A stretch of 64,000 nt of DNA, taken from positions 160,001 through 224,000 of the forward strand of contig JBILLK010000011.1 in the NCBI GenBank assembly GCA_044376115.1. The letters run 5' to 3'. Made by a program: the position numbers and the translations under genes. The stretch comes from Polyangiaceae bacterium (GTDB lineage: Bacteria; Myxococcota_A; Polyangia; Polyangiales; Polyangiaceae). Shown one piece after another: positions 28,999-38,334 of this stretch; the stretch's first letter is position 1; each line of letters begins with the position of its first letter. The notes below the pieces were generated by a model that did not search any database, was not told where the DNA came from, and saw nothing but the letters and a program-made list of their open reading frames with translations.

Positions 28999-30372
28999 GT
29001 GACGGACGCTGCCGACGCCCCCCAAAAACGCATCTACTCGGTGAGCGAGCTCGGACGGGCGTTGCGCAACCATCTCGAGAAGAAGACGGCCGGAATCGAG
29101 GTGTGCGGCGACGTAACCGGGCTCAAAGGCGCGGAAAGTGGTCACGCTTACTTTGCGCTGCGCGATGACCGGGAAGAAGCCTCGATTGACTGTGTGCTCT
29201 ATCGCAGCGGGCCGGTTCGCTCGCGCCGGCTGCTCGTCGAAGGCACCAAGGTGATCGTGACCGGCCGCATCACCTTCTGGCCGCCTCGCGGGCGAGCTCA
29301 GTTTGTGGTCGAGGCGGTTCGCGCTGCGGGACGCGGCGCCCTGCTTGAACAGCTGGAGAAGTTGAAAGCGAAGTTGCTCGCGGAAGGCTTGTTCGAGCCC
29401 GCGCGAAAACGTCGACTGCCGAGCGATCCGCGGGTGATTGGCGTCGTTACGAGCGGGCAAGGCGCAGCTCTGCACGACATCGTCAAGGTCGCGTTCGAGC
29501 GCGGGCCCGCGCGCATCCTGCTGTCACCGGCGCCTGTTCAGGGGGCCGGTGCTGCCGCTGCTTTGGTGCGCGCGCTCAGCAAGTTGTTGCGGCATCCCGA
29601 AGTGGACGTGGTCATCCTCGGGCGCGGCGGAGGCTCGCAGGATGATCTCGCTCCCTTCAACGAAGAGGAGTTGGTGCGGGCCGTGGTTGCGTCCTCGGTG
29701 CCCATCGTCAGTGCGGTAGGGCACGAGGTAGACACGACGCTGGTGGATCTCGCCGCGGACGTTCGCGCAGCAACGCCTTCGCAGGCAGCCGAACTCGTGG
29801 TCGCTGATTCGCGCGCACGGACCACCAAGCTGGAGCTCGCAACCCAGCGACTGAGCCGCTCCCTCGAACGAACGCTTCGCGACGCCTCGCAGCGGACCGA
29901 TGAGCTTTTCGGCGAGTTGGAGCAGGCCGCGAAGGTTCGACTCGGCCAAGAGAAAGCGCACACGCAAGAACTCGCGCGGCGCATGTCCGCGCGCCATCCC
30001 ACGCGTGTGTTGCGGGCGTTCCGGTTGGACGTTGGGCAGAAGCTCGAGCGCATGAATCACGCGATGCAAATGCGTGTGCAACGCGCAAAGCCGATGCCAA
30101 GCACGTTGCGACTGCGCTTGGACCAGGCCATTCGTTCGCGGCTGGATGGGGAACGGAGCACCGTCGAGCGGCGAGTTGCGGCACTCGAGGCTCTATCGCC
30201 GCTCTCGGTGCTGACTCGCGGCTACGCTGTCGTACGTAAGCGCGCCGGCCGGACGTTGGTACGTGATGCCACGGTTCTAGCGCCTGGAGAACGGCTGGCG
30301 ATCGACTTTGCCCAGGGGACGGTGGTTGCCGAGGTGGTCGAGGTCCTTCCGAAGCCCGGTGATGAAGCTTGA
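28999..30372 (+). CDS. xseA: Exodeoxyribonuclease VII large subunit
   Basis: YSVSEL, SGHAYFAL, GRGGGS.DDL..FNEE, SAVGHEVD, AATPSQAAE and LTRGYA. Confidence 0.95.
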   Translation: MTDAADAPQKRIYSVSELGRALRNHLEKKTAGIEVCGDVTGLKGAESGHAYFALRDDREEASIDCVLYRSGPVRSRRLLVEGTKVIVTGRITFWPPRGRAQFVVEAVRAAGRGALLEQLEKLKAKLLAEGLFEPARKRRLPSDPRVIGVVTSGQGAALHDIVKVAFERGPARILLSPAPVQGAGAAAALVRALSKLLRHPEVDVVILGRGGGSQDDLAPFNEEELVRAVVASSVPIVSAVGHEVDTTLVDLAADVRAATPSQAAELVVADSRARTTKLELATQRLSRSLERTLRDASQRTDELFGELEQAAKVRLGQEKAHTQELARRMSARHPTRVLRAFRLDVGQKLERMNHAMQMRVQRAKPMPSTLRLRLDQAIRSRLDGERSTVERRVAALEALSPLSVLTRGYAVVRKRAGRTLVRDATVLAPGERLAIDFAQGTVVAEVVEVLPKPGDEA

Positions 30373-30407
30373 TCTTGCGCCCTGCCTGTGGCCTTCATGC
30401 AACACGT

Positions 30408-31196
30408 ATGTCGATGAAATTCTCGCTGTGGCCGGTCTGGGGGCTGGCGCTGTCGTCTGCCGTAGCGGTGCTGCTGGCTTGCACCGATCCACCTCCCGCC
30501 AAGACGCCGCAAAAGAAGGTGGCGGCCGGCTCCGACTTTGACCCCTGCGAGGGCAGCAAGCCCCCGTGGCGAGAGTACTTTGGCCCTCTGAAGGGAGTCC
30601 GTTGTGAACAGGAGCAGTTCCTGCGGATGGCGGACGTGGCGCGCCAGCTCGACGTCAAGTGCCAGCACTGCCATGTACCCGACCCGCAAAAGGAGGACGC
30701 TTTCATCTACTCGGATATGACCGAGAACAAGGAGAAGGCTTTGTGGATGCACCACACGCTCATGACCGGATTGCGGCGCAAAGACGGCGAGCCGATGAAG
30801 TGCAAGAGCTGCCATCTCGACAAGAACGGCAAGCCTGCAGCAAAGTTTCTCGGCACGCCGCGAGATATCGCCTTCACCGTCGAGTGGATGACCACGGTGA
30901 TGACTCGCCAGTTCGAGCACGCAGACGGCTCCAAGTTGATGTGCAAGAGCTGTCACGTCGGTGGTTGGGGCACCCAAGCGTTCGACCCCAAGGTGATCGG
31001 CAAAACGGTCAATGTGCCGCGTGGCCCGGACGCCGACGCCATCGATCCGCCGGCTCCGGAGCCATCGAGTAGCGCATCCGTCGAGCCATCGGCGAGCTCA
31101 GCCGTACCACCCGCGAGCGCCTCCGCCGCGCCTGCAGCGAGCGCTTCTGCTCCCAGCGCGAAACCACTTCCCACCCCTCCTCCGACAAAGAAGTAG
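30408..31196 (+). CDS. Triheme c-type cytochrome lipoprotein (PufC/CytoC_RC-like repeats)
   Basis: Lipobox LLA-C, three CxxCH motifs (CQHCH, CKSCH, CKSCH) each preceded by a Met-containing helix, and a Pro/Ala/Ser tail. Confidence 0.82.
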   Translation: MSMKFSLWPVWGLALSSAVAVLLACTDPPPAKTPQKKVAAGSDFDPCEGSKPPWREYFGPLKGVRCEQEQFLRMADVARQLDVKCQHCHVPDPQKEDAFIYSDMTENKEKALWMHHTLMTGLRRKDGEPMKCKSCHLDKNGKPAAKFLGTPRDIAFTVEWMTTVMTRQFEHADGSKLMCKSCHVGGWGTQAFDPKVIGKTVNVPRGPDADAIDPPAPEPSSSASVEPSASSAVPPASASAAPAASASAPSAKPLPTPPPTKK

Positions 31197-31202
31197 ATCC
31201 CG

Positions 31203-32768
31203 ATGGCCCGCGTTCCCGTTGATACCCAGACTGTCGCTCGTTGCCGCGAGCTCGCTGCAGACATCGCCAAGGACGTACAAGCGACGATCGACACGCACAC
31301 CACGGTCGGCGTCGAGCGCACGGTTTTGCGAGCCTACGGCACCGAGGGCGCTGACCCCAACGGCACCCCGCTATCGAACGCTGTGGTGGACAACATCCAC
31401 AAGCGCGGACTGACTGGCCTTGGCGCCGCCTACTTCCTTGGGGCCGCACTTCATCGCGGTGCCAGCTCGGTGCAGGAGGCCGCAGAGTCGCTGGCGTTCG
31501 GCGAGAAGCTACCCACGCCGAACGATGGTCCTTCCGTGGAGGACGCCGCGATCGCCTTGAGGCCTCATACCAAGGCCGCGCTCGAGCGCATCGATGTGGC
31601 GCGTTACGAGCGTGAGGGACTCAAGACCCGCACCCACGAGCACAAGCCGGACACCGGCCCGATGAAGTACGTGATCGTGGCGACTGGCAATATCTACGAC
31701 GACGCGACGCAGGCGAAGGCGGCTGCGTTCGCCGGAGCAGACATCGTCGCGGTCATTCGCGCCACCGCGCAATCGCTGCTCGACTACGTCCCCGAAGGTC
31801 CGACCACCGAGGGATTCGGCGGAACCTTTGCTACGCAGGCCAACTTCCAGATCATCCGCACGGCGCTCGATCAGATCTCGGTCGATCTCAACCGCTACGT
31901 CATGCAGACGAACTATTCGAGCGGTCTCGCGATGAGCGAGATCGCTTGGATGGCGGCGGTCGAGCGGCTCGACATGCTGCTCAACGACGCGATGTACGGC
32001 ATCCTTTTTCGCGACATCAACATGACGCGAACCTTCATCGACCAGTATTTCTCACGGCGGTTGATCGCTCGCAGCGGCATCATCATCAACACCGGGGAAG
32101 ACAACTACCTGACTACAGCAGACGCTGTCGAGCGGGCGCATACGGTGCTTGCGTCCCAGTTCATCAACGAGGCCTTTGCGCACAACGCCGGCGTACTGCC
32201 GGAGAAAATGGGGCTCGGTCACGCCTACGAAATCGATCCGTGGCTCGAAGACAGCTTCTTGCTCGAGGTCGCGCAGGCCCAGCTGATCCGCCAAATCTTC
32301 GATAAGCATCCGATCAAATGGATGCCGCCGACCAAGTTCAAGACCGGGGACATCTTCCACAGTCATGTGCACGACGCGATGTTCAACCTCGTTGGCGTGA
32401 TGACCAATCAGTCGATCGAACTCTTGGGCATGTTCAGCGAGGCCATCCACACGCCGCTTCTGATGGATCGCTATTTGTCGCTCAAGAGCGCTAAGTACAT
32501 CTTCAATACGGCCAAGCATCTCTCGGACGAGATCGAGTGGAAGCCTAGCGGAATCGTCTCTGAGCGTGCGAAGACAATCCTTCATGAGGCCCACACGCTG
32601 CTTGAAGACGTCCATGCCCGCTCGATTTGGGACGCCATTGGGGTCGGCGTCTTTGCTGACATCAAACGCACTCGCACCGGTGGCAAAGGCTACGCAGGGG
32701 TCGTCAAACGGGACTCGGCCTACTTGAATCCGCTGCTCAGCGTGCTCGAAGGAAAGGAGTCGGTCTGA
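31203..32768 (+). CDS. kamD: Lysine 5,6-aminomutase alpha subunit
   Basis: HTTVGVERT, YVIVATGNIYDD, QSLLDYVP, NYSSGL, NTGEDNY and KWMPPTK. Confidence 0.93.
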   Translation: MARVPVDTQTVARCRELAADIAKDVQATIDTHTTVGVERTVLRAYGTEGADPNGTPLSNAVVDNIHKRGLTGLGAAYFLGAALHRGASSVQEAAESLAFGEKLPTPNDGPSVEDAAIALRPHTKAALERIDVARYEREGLKTRTHEHKPDTGPMKYVIVATGNIYDDATQAKAAAFAGADIVAVIRATAQSLLDYVPEGPTTEGFGGTFATQANFQIIRTALDQISVDLNRYVMQTNYSSGLAMSEIAWMAAVERLDMLLNDAMYGILFRDINMTRTFIDQYFSRRLIARSGIIINTGEDNYLTTADAVERAHTVLASQFINEAFAHNAGVLPEKMGLGHAYEIDPWLEDSFLLEVAQAQLIRQIFDKHPIKWMPPTKFKTGDIFHSHVHDAMFNLVGVMTNQSIELLGMFSEAIHTPLLMDRYLSLKSAKYIFNTAKHLSDEIEWKPSGIVSERAKTILHEAHTLLEDVHARSIWDAIGVGVFADIKRTRTGGKGYAGVVKRDSAYLNPLLSVLEGKESV

Positions 32769-33523
32769 TGCTGCGTTCAAAAGCAGGTGGTCGGGTGCTG
32801 CGCGCCTATGGGGACCGTGAAGGGGACGGCATGGTCCAGCTCTCCTTCACCTTGGCCATCCTTCCCGGGGACCGCGCGCGTGAGGCGGCCAAGCGCTTCG
32901 CAGAGGCCCACGGTCTATTGAACCCACTGATCGTGACGATGGAGCAGGCCTCGCCGGAGCACAGCTACTTCGTCGCCTATGGTCACTCGCAGCACTCGGT
33001 GGATGTCGACGCCATTCACGTTGAAGAACTGAGCGCCAAAGAGCTGAGCCGTGAAGACATCGAGGCCTCCGCCAAGAAGCTCGGCCGCAAGATCGTCGTG
33101 GTGGGTGCTTGCACCGGCAGTGACGCGCACACCGTCGGGATCGACGCCATCATCAACTACAAGGGTTATCGTGGTGACAAAGGGCTGGAGAGCTACAAGT
33201 CCTTCGACGCTCACAACTTGGGAGCTCAAGTCGAGAACGAGGAACTCGTGGAACGCGTGCTCGCGTTAGGCGCAGACGCCGTGCTCGTCTCGCAGATCAT
33301 CACCCAGCGCGATTGCCACAAGGAGAACGGCCGTGCGCTCGTCGAGATGGTGGAGAAACGCGGCTTCCGCGAGCGCGTGTTGCTGCTGTTCGGAGGCCCG
33401 CGCATCGACAACAAGCTCGCTCGGGAGCTTGGATTTGACGCCGGGTTTGGTCCCGGCACGCTGCCTTCCAACGTCGCCGCTTACGTTGTTTCCGAGGTCT
33501 TGCGAAAAGAAGGCCTCGAGTAA
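32768..33523 (+). CDS. kamE: Lysine 5,6-aminomutase beta subunit (cobalamin-binding)
   Basis: YGD..GDGMVQLSFTL dimerisation domain, DAHTVG (DxHxxG) and the KG Lys motif. TGATG coupling to kamD. Confidence 0.93.
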   Translation: MLRSKAGGRVLRAYGDREGDGMVQLSFTLAILPGDRAREAAKRFAEAHGLLNPLIVTMEQASPEHSYFVAYGHSQHSVDVDAIHVEELSAKELSREDIEASAKKLGRKIVVVGACTGSDAHTVGIDAIINYKGYRGDKGLESYKSFDAHNLGAQVENEELVERVLALGADAVLVSQIITQRDCHKENGRALVEMVEKRGFRERVLLLFGGPRIDNKLARELGFDAGFGPGTLPSNVAAYVVSEVLRKEGLE

Positions 33524-33534
33524 GCCGAATCGGC

Positions 33535-34275
33535 CTATTGCGTGAGCTTGTGGTACGCGGCGGAGAGGCGCGCGACGCGCTCGGTGCGCAGCGCGCGCTC
33601 GGCGTCGGAGCTGGCGTGGTCCGGGTGCAAGGCGGCTACGGCTTTGCGGAAGGCGCTCTTGATCGCGAGCAGGTCGGCATCGCTGGTGAGCCCCAGGCTC
33701 GAGAGCGCACGTCGACGCTCATGTTCGATCTCACCGGAGTTGGTAGCGTTGTTCGCTTCGTTGGCGCGAGTTCGCGCACGAGGACGTCCTTCGAGAAATT
33801 CGCGCGGGGTCATGCGTGTGCCGCGCGGTCCAGCGCGAAACCAGCGGCGCAACTTCTCGCTCTCGAGCATGGCGGTGCGAAACCGAATGGTCCCATCGTG
33901 CAGCGCAAAAAGCGCCTCCAAGCGGAGCTTGGTCTGCTGACGAAGGGCCGCTTCAACCGCCTGCTTGTCGGTGCCGAGGTCCTCGAGAATTTCGCCAAAC
34001 AGCCGAGGGTCTCCCTCGCTCTGCAAGTGCGCCGCCTCTTCGATCCGAGCGCTCCCCAGCATGCCGCCCAAACGCTCGTTGTCTTCACCCAGGACCATCG
34101 CCGGCGAGCCGTTCAACACCAGGATGCGCGCCGAACTCCCGTCGACGCCCTGAATCTCGAGCACCCCGCTCGCTCCCGAGCGGTGCAGCTTCCCAAGGAC
34201 ATCCCCCAGCGTCGTGTCGCGAAGTCGGGCCGGTAAGGAGGCGATGCCGTTGGAGCTCTTGCGAGGGTGCTGCAT
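33535..34275 (-). CDS. DUF4388-like + C-terminal J-domain protein
   Basis: LRDTTLGDVL..LHR..ASGVL at the N-terminus and IKSAFRK....HPD..AY at the C-terminus. Start uncertain (ORF open to 34365). Confidence 0.8.
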   Translation of the reverse strand: MQHPRKSSNGIASLPARLRDTTLGDVLGKLHRSGASGVLEIQGVDGSSARILVLNGSPAMVLGEDNERLGGMLGSARIEEAAHLQSEGDPRLFGEILEDLGTDKQAVEAALRQQTKLRLEALFALHDGTIRFRTAMLESEKLRRWFRAGPRGTRMTPREFLEGRPRARTRANEANNATNSGEIEHERRRALSSLGLTSDADLLAIKSAFRKAVAALHPDHASSDAERALRTERVARLSAAYHKLTQ

Positions 34276-34495
34276 CCCTTGCGCGTAGCGCTTTCGATGC
34301 CGGTCGGGAAAGTTTCGTACAGGTCGCTCAACGTGGGCACGGGACCTGGATCCGCCGTTATCCAACTTTGGACGGATATGGACTCATGCTGCCCCACATC
34401 CCCTTGGCGCGATGGCGTTGCGCCTGGGATTTAGCGCTGATGTAGGACATTAAGACCGCTACCCGCGTTGGTCTGCATCATGCTTAGCTGAGGGC

Positions 34496-36130
34496 ATGGC
34501 TCTTTCTTTCCTGCGCGCTCTCGGCGGACTGACCCTCGTGATGGCTGGTGCTGGCTGCGCCACGACCGACACGCTGACCGATGGCAGCGGTTCCTCGACG
34601 AGTTCGGGCAACGACCCACAGGGAAATGAAGACGGCATTTGTCTGCTGCACAACTGCAACAGCGACGCCGAGTGCGGCGCCTGCTCCGACGGGCGCAACA
34701 CCTGCTTGGAGGCAGAGCACCGCTGCGTGGCTTGCAACGCCGATACCGGAACCGGTTGCCCCGAAGGCCAATACTGTTCGAGCTGGGGCAACTGTGTCGA
34801 CGAGGGGCTCGAGTGCCCCACCGATGACCACGGTGTGCCGCAGATTAGCTGCGCCCAAAACGGGGACTGCGCGGCGTGCGACCCGATGCACCAGATTTGC
34901 GATCCCGTGACTGCCACCTGCGTGGCGTGCACGTCGGGTGACACCAGCGCCTGTCAATCCACCGATATTTGCATCCACAACGAGTGCTCTGCGGAGTGCC
35001 CGACCGACTGTTCGGTGGACAACGATTGCGCCCAGTGCGGTTCCGCCGCTGCGCCGGCCCACGCTTGCAATCACGGCATTTGCTCCGAGTGTTCGGCCAC
35101 CTACGCCTGCCCGGCCGGCTTGAAGTGTTCCGAACAGGGCGTGTGCCAGGATGTCTGCGGTACCGACGGCGACGGGACCTGCACGACCAACGCCGACTGT
35201 GATGGCTGCGGTGCTGACAACGGCGTGTGCCACAAGCCGATCAACAGCAGCGTCGGGCAATGCGGAGTCTCTGCTAACGGTTGCTCGGATCTCGGCCAAG
35301 GCGTGGCCGTTTTGCCCGAGCCGTTCGATCAGGTGACCAACCTCTGCTCGAACGACGGTGATTGTGCCGGCGTTGGCATCACCTTCAACGTTGGCGAGCT
35401 GCTGCGCGACATCACCGGCATCAACGACATCGGTGACGCCAACATCGAATACGGGATGAACGTGTGCGCCTCTGTCGAGGTGGCCAACAACTCGTGCGGC
35501 GTGTGCGTGCCCTGTCGTGTGGACTCGGACTGTGCGCCGATCAACATCGACGAGGTGGCAGGCGAGGCCTTCGGGCCGATTGGCAGCTTGGCCGCAGCCT
35601 TCTTGCTCGACCAGGTGTTTGGACCCAACGAGCACGCGGTGCAGATGTACTGCTCGACGGTGGCCGGTGACTACGGCGTGTGCGCCCCGTGCCCTGGGAT
35701 CATCTACGAGTGTGGAACCACCACGGGTGGCGGCGGCGGGACCGGCTCTTGCGACCATGACGTCTGCACGGCTGGTACGGCGCTCGACGGTTCGTGCGAC
35801 AGCTGCGCCGCCGATGTTTGCGCGCAAGACAGCTTCTGCTGCTCCAACGAGTGGGATCAGCAGTGCATCAACGAGGCGACCGACATCTGCGGTCAGTGCG
35901 GCGGGACCGGAACGGGTGGAGGTGGCACCGGCGGCGGTACTGGCGCGGGTGGTAGCAGCGGCACCGGAGGCGGCAGCAACTGCCACGACGTTTGTGTGGC
36001 GGGCGCTGCGCTGGACACCAACTGCAGCACGTGTTCGGCCAACGTCTGTGCTCAAGACCCTTATTGTTGCACCACGGAGTGGGACTCGGTCTGCGTTGGG
36101 TACGTTGAAGACTTCTGCGGCGGTTGCTGA
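34496..36130 (+). CDS. Very Cys-rich lipoprotein
   Basis: Signal ending GAG-C. I counted 69 Cys in 544 aa, with Gly/Thr linkers. Confidence 0.85.
   Translation: MALSFLRALGGLTLVMAGAGCATTDTLTDGSGSSTSSGNDPQGNEDGICLLHNCNSDAECGACSDGRNTCLEAEHRCVACNADTGTGCPEGQYCSSWGNCVDEGLECPTDDHGVPQISCAQNGDCAACDPMHQICDPVTATCVACTSGDTSACQSTDICIHNECSAECPTDCSVDNDCAQCGSAAAPAHACNHGICSECSATYACPAGLKCSEQGVCQDVCGTDGDGTCTTNADCDGCGADNGVCHKPINSSVGQCGVSANGCSDLGQGVAVLPEPFDQVTNLCSNDGDCAGVGITFNVGELLRDITGINDIGDANIEYGMNVCASVEVANNSCGVCVPCRVDSDCAPINIDEVAGEAFGPIGSLAAAFLLDQVFGPNEHAVQMYCSTVAGDYGVCAPCPGIIYECGTTTGGGGGTGSCDHDVCTAGTALDGSCDSCAADVCAQDSFCCSNEWDQQCINEATDICGQCGGTGTGGGGTGGGTGAGGSSGTGGGSNCHDVCVAGAALDTNCSTCSANVCAQDPYCCTTEWDSVCVGYVEDFCGGC
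35750..36127 (+). repeat. Two copies of a ~50-aa, 10-Cys module separated by a Gly/Thr linker
   Basis: CDHDVCTAGTALDGSCDSC...FCCSNEWDQQC versus CHDVCVAGAALDTNCSTC...YCCTTEWDSVC. Confidence 0.85.
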
Positions 36131-36200
36131 GCGTCCGCCCGTCAGGTCTGCGTTCGCGGCTGCGTCGAGCGTAAGCGTTCGTCCCGTCTTCACATCGATT

Positions 36201-36279
36201 GTTCCGCTGGGGTCTCTCTGTTAGAGACCCAGCTCTTTCGATCGTGAGGCGATCGAAACAGGAACGTTCGGAGACCGAA
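36201..36279 (+). promoter_or_regulatory. Putative structured leader upstream of metG
   Basis: Hairpins at 36206-36233 and 36236-36258 are closed by GTTCC/GGAAC. A small hairpin at 36267-36279 covers the RBS. Confidence 0.4.
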
Positions 36280-38327
36280 TGAAACGCTTGCTCGTCACGA
36301 GTGCGCTGCCTTACGCCAACGGCCACATCCACCTCGGCCACATGGTCGAGTACCTGCAGACCGATATTTGGGTTCGCGCAGCGCGGATGAACGGCCGCCA
36401 CACGGTGTACGTCTGCGCCGACGACACCCACGGTACCGCCATCATGATCCGAGCGCGCCAAGAAGGTCGCACGCCGGAGCAGGTGATCGCCGACATGAGC
36501 GTCGCTCATCAGGAAGACTTTGCCGCCTTCGGCATCGAGTTCGATCACTACGGCAGCACGCACAGTGAGGAGAACCGGCAGTTCTCCGAGCACATCTGGA
36601 AGTCGTTCGTGAAGGAAGGGCTGGTGACGAAGAAGCTCGTCAAGCAGCTGTTTGACCCGGTCGAGAAGATCTTCCTCGCGGATCGATTCGTCAAAGGGAG
36701 CTGCCCCAACTGCAAGTCGGAGAACCAATACGGAGACAACTGCGACAAGTGCGGCGCGACCTACGAGGCGACGGAGCTCGGCTCACCCAAGAGCACGCTC
36801 TCCGGCGCGACGCCGGAGTTGCGCGAGGCCGATCATCTGCTCATCGACATCGAACGCGAGCGAGCTTGGTTGACCGAGTACACCCAAGGCGAAGGGCGCA
36901 TGCCCAAGGAGATCGCCAACTACTTGATGGGCTTCTTCTTGGGCCAGCCGCTCCATAGCTGGGACGTCTCGCGGCCTGCTCCCTACTTCGGCTTCGAGAT
37001 CCCGGATGAGCCCGGCAACTTCTTCTACGTCTGGTTCGATGCGCCGATTGGTTATCTCGCTGCGACCCAGCAGTGGTGCGCCAAGTCGGGTGAGAGCCTC
37101 GAGCAATGGTTGCACTCGGAGGAGACCGAGATCGTCCACGTGATCGGCAAGGACATCGTGAAGTTTCACACGCTGTTCTGGCCGGTGATGTTGAAGCTCG
37201 GCGGGTTCTCGTTGCCGAAGCGCATCCAGGTCCACGGTTTTCTGACCGTGAACGGCCAGAAGATGAGCAAGCGAGACGGCACGTTCGTGTTGGCCTCCAC
37301 CTTCCGCAAGCACCTCGATGTAGGCGCGCTTCGCTACTACTACGCAACCAAGCTCTCGGCGAAGGTCGACGATATCGATCTCAACCTCGAGGACTTCGTG
37401 CAGCGCGTGAACGCCGAGTTGGTGAACAAGGTCGTCAACTTGGTGAGCCGGTCTTCCAAGTTCATCGGTGACGGCTTCGCTAGCACGTACCCCGAGGACG
37501 GAGGTCTTTTCGCGGCCGCGGCTGCTGCCGGAGAGGAGATTCGCGAGGCCTACGAGAGCTGGGATTTCGCTCGCGTGACCCGTTTGGTGATGGGCCTCGC
37601 CGATCGTGCGAATGAGTTCATCGACAAGGCGCAACCCTGGGCGCTGGCCAAGCAAGAAGGCAAGCAGGCGGAGGTCAAGAACGTCGCTTCGATCGCGCTC
37701 AACCTCTTCCACCAGATCATCGTGTATCTCGCTCCCATCGTTCCGGCTTTGGCTGAACGCACAGGTGAGCTTCTCGGAAAGCCCATTCGCAGTTTCGACG
37801 AGGCCAAGACAGCGCTCGTCGGCTCGGCTGTGGGCAGTTATCAGCACTTCATGAAACGGATTGATCCGGAGGCAGTGACCCGTATGGTTGATGAATCAAA
37901 ACCCACCGAAACGCCTGTTGAGGCGGCAGCTGCCGCTGCACCTGCTGCTCCGACCGCGGTCGAGGATGACGGCAGCGCGCTCGAGAAGGAGCCGCTCGCG
38001 CCTACGTGTACGATCGACGACTTCAGCAAGGTTGATCTGCGGGTGGCACGCATCGTCGCTGCTGAGGCCGTCCCCGAGGCCAAGAAGCTTCTGCGACTGA
38101 CCGTAAGTCTCGGCGGCGGTACCACGCGCAACGTGTTTGCCGGCATCAAGGCCTACTACAAGGCGGAAGACCTCGTGGGCCGGCTGGTGATCATCTGCGC
38201 GAACCTCGCTCCGCGGCAGATGAAGTTTGGGCTATCGGAGGGCATGGTGTTGGCGGCCGGCGCGGAAGGCGAGGCCTACGTGCTCTCGCCCGACTCTGGC
38301 GCCAAGGCTGGGCAGCGGGTCCACTGA
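36279..38327 (+). CDS. metG: Methionine--tRNA ligase with C-terminal tRNA-binding domain
   Basis: [14 protein letters not shown], zinc knuckle, [18 protein letters not shown] and C-terminal OB domain. Confidence 0.97.
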   Translation: MKRLLVTSALPYANGHIHLGHMVEYLQTDIWVRAARMNGRHTVYVCADDTHGTAIMIRARQEGRTPEQVIADMSVAHQEDFAAFGIEFDHYGSTHSEENRQFSEHIWKSFVKEGLVTKKLVKQLFDPVEKIFLADRFVKGSCPNCKSENQYGDNCDKCGATYEATELGSPKSTLSGATPELREADHLLIDIERERAWLTEYTQGEGRMPKEIANYLMGFFLGQPLHSWDVSRPAPYFGFEIPDEPGNFFYVWFDAPIGYLAATQQWCAKSGESLEQWLHSEETEIVHVIGKDIVKFHTLFWPVMLKLGGFSLPKRIQVHGFLTVNGQKMSKRDGTFVLASTFRKHLDVGALRYYYATKLSAKVDDIDLNLEDFVQRVNAELVNKVVNLVSRSSKFIGDGFASTYPEDGGLFAAAAAAGEEIREAYESWDFARVTRLVMGLADRANEFIDKAQPWALAKQEGKQAEVKNVASIALNLFHQIIVYLAPIVPALAERTGELLGKPIRSFDEAKTALVGSAVGSYQHFMKRIDPEAVTRMVDESKPTETPVEAAAAAAPAAPTAVEDDGSALEKEPLAPTCTIDDFSKVDLRVARIVAAEAVPEAKKLLRLTVSLGGGTTRNVFAGIKAYYKAEDLVGRLVIICANLAPRQMKFGLSEGMVLAAGAEGEAYVLSPDSGAKAGQRVH

Positions 38328-38334
38328 GCACGTC

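Noticed and set aside
28999..30372. xseA without an adjacent xseB
   Set aside because: The two genes are often unlinked, so this is unremarkable.
30408..31196. Photosynthetic gene cluster
   Set aside because: No pufLM, bch or crt genes in the window; only the cytochrome repeat resembles PufC.
34484..36193. 569-aa antisense ORF, and similar ones such as 36783-37847, 39964-40944 and 61353-62576
   Set aside because: These are shadow ORFs opposite well-supported genes, expected from high-GC codon bias, with no recognisable motifs.
36131..36278. SAM-I riboswitch or T-box before metG
   Set aside because: Consensus elements were not recognised, and the region is too short for a T-box.
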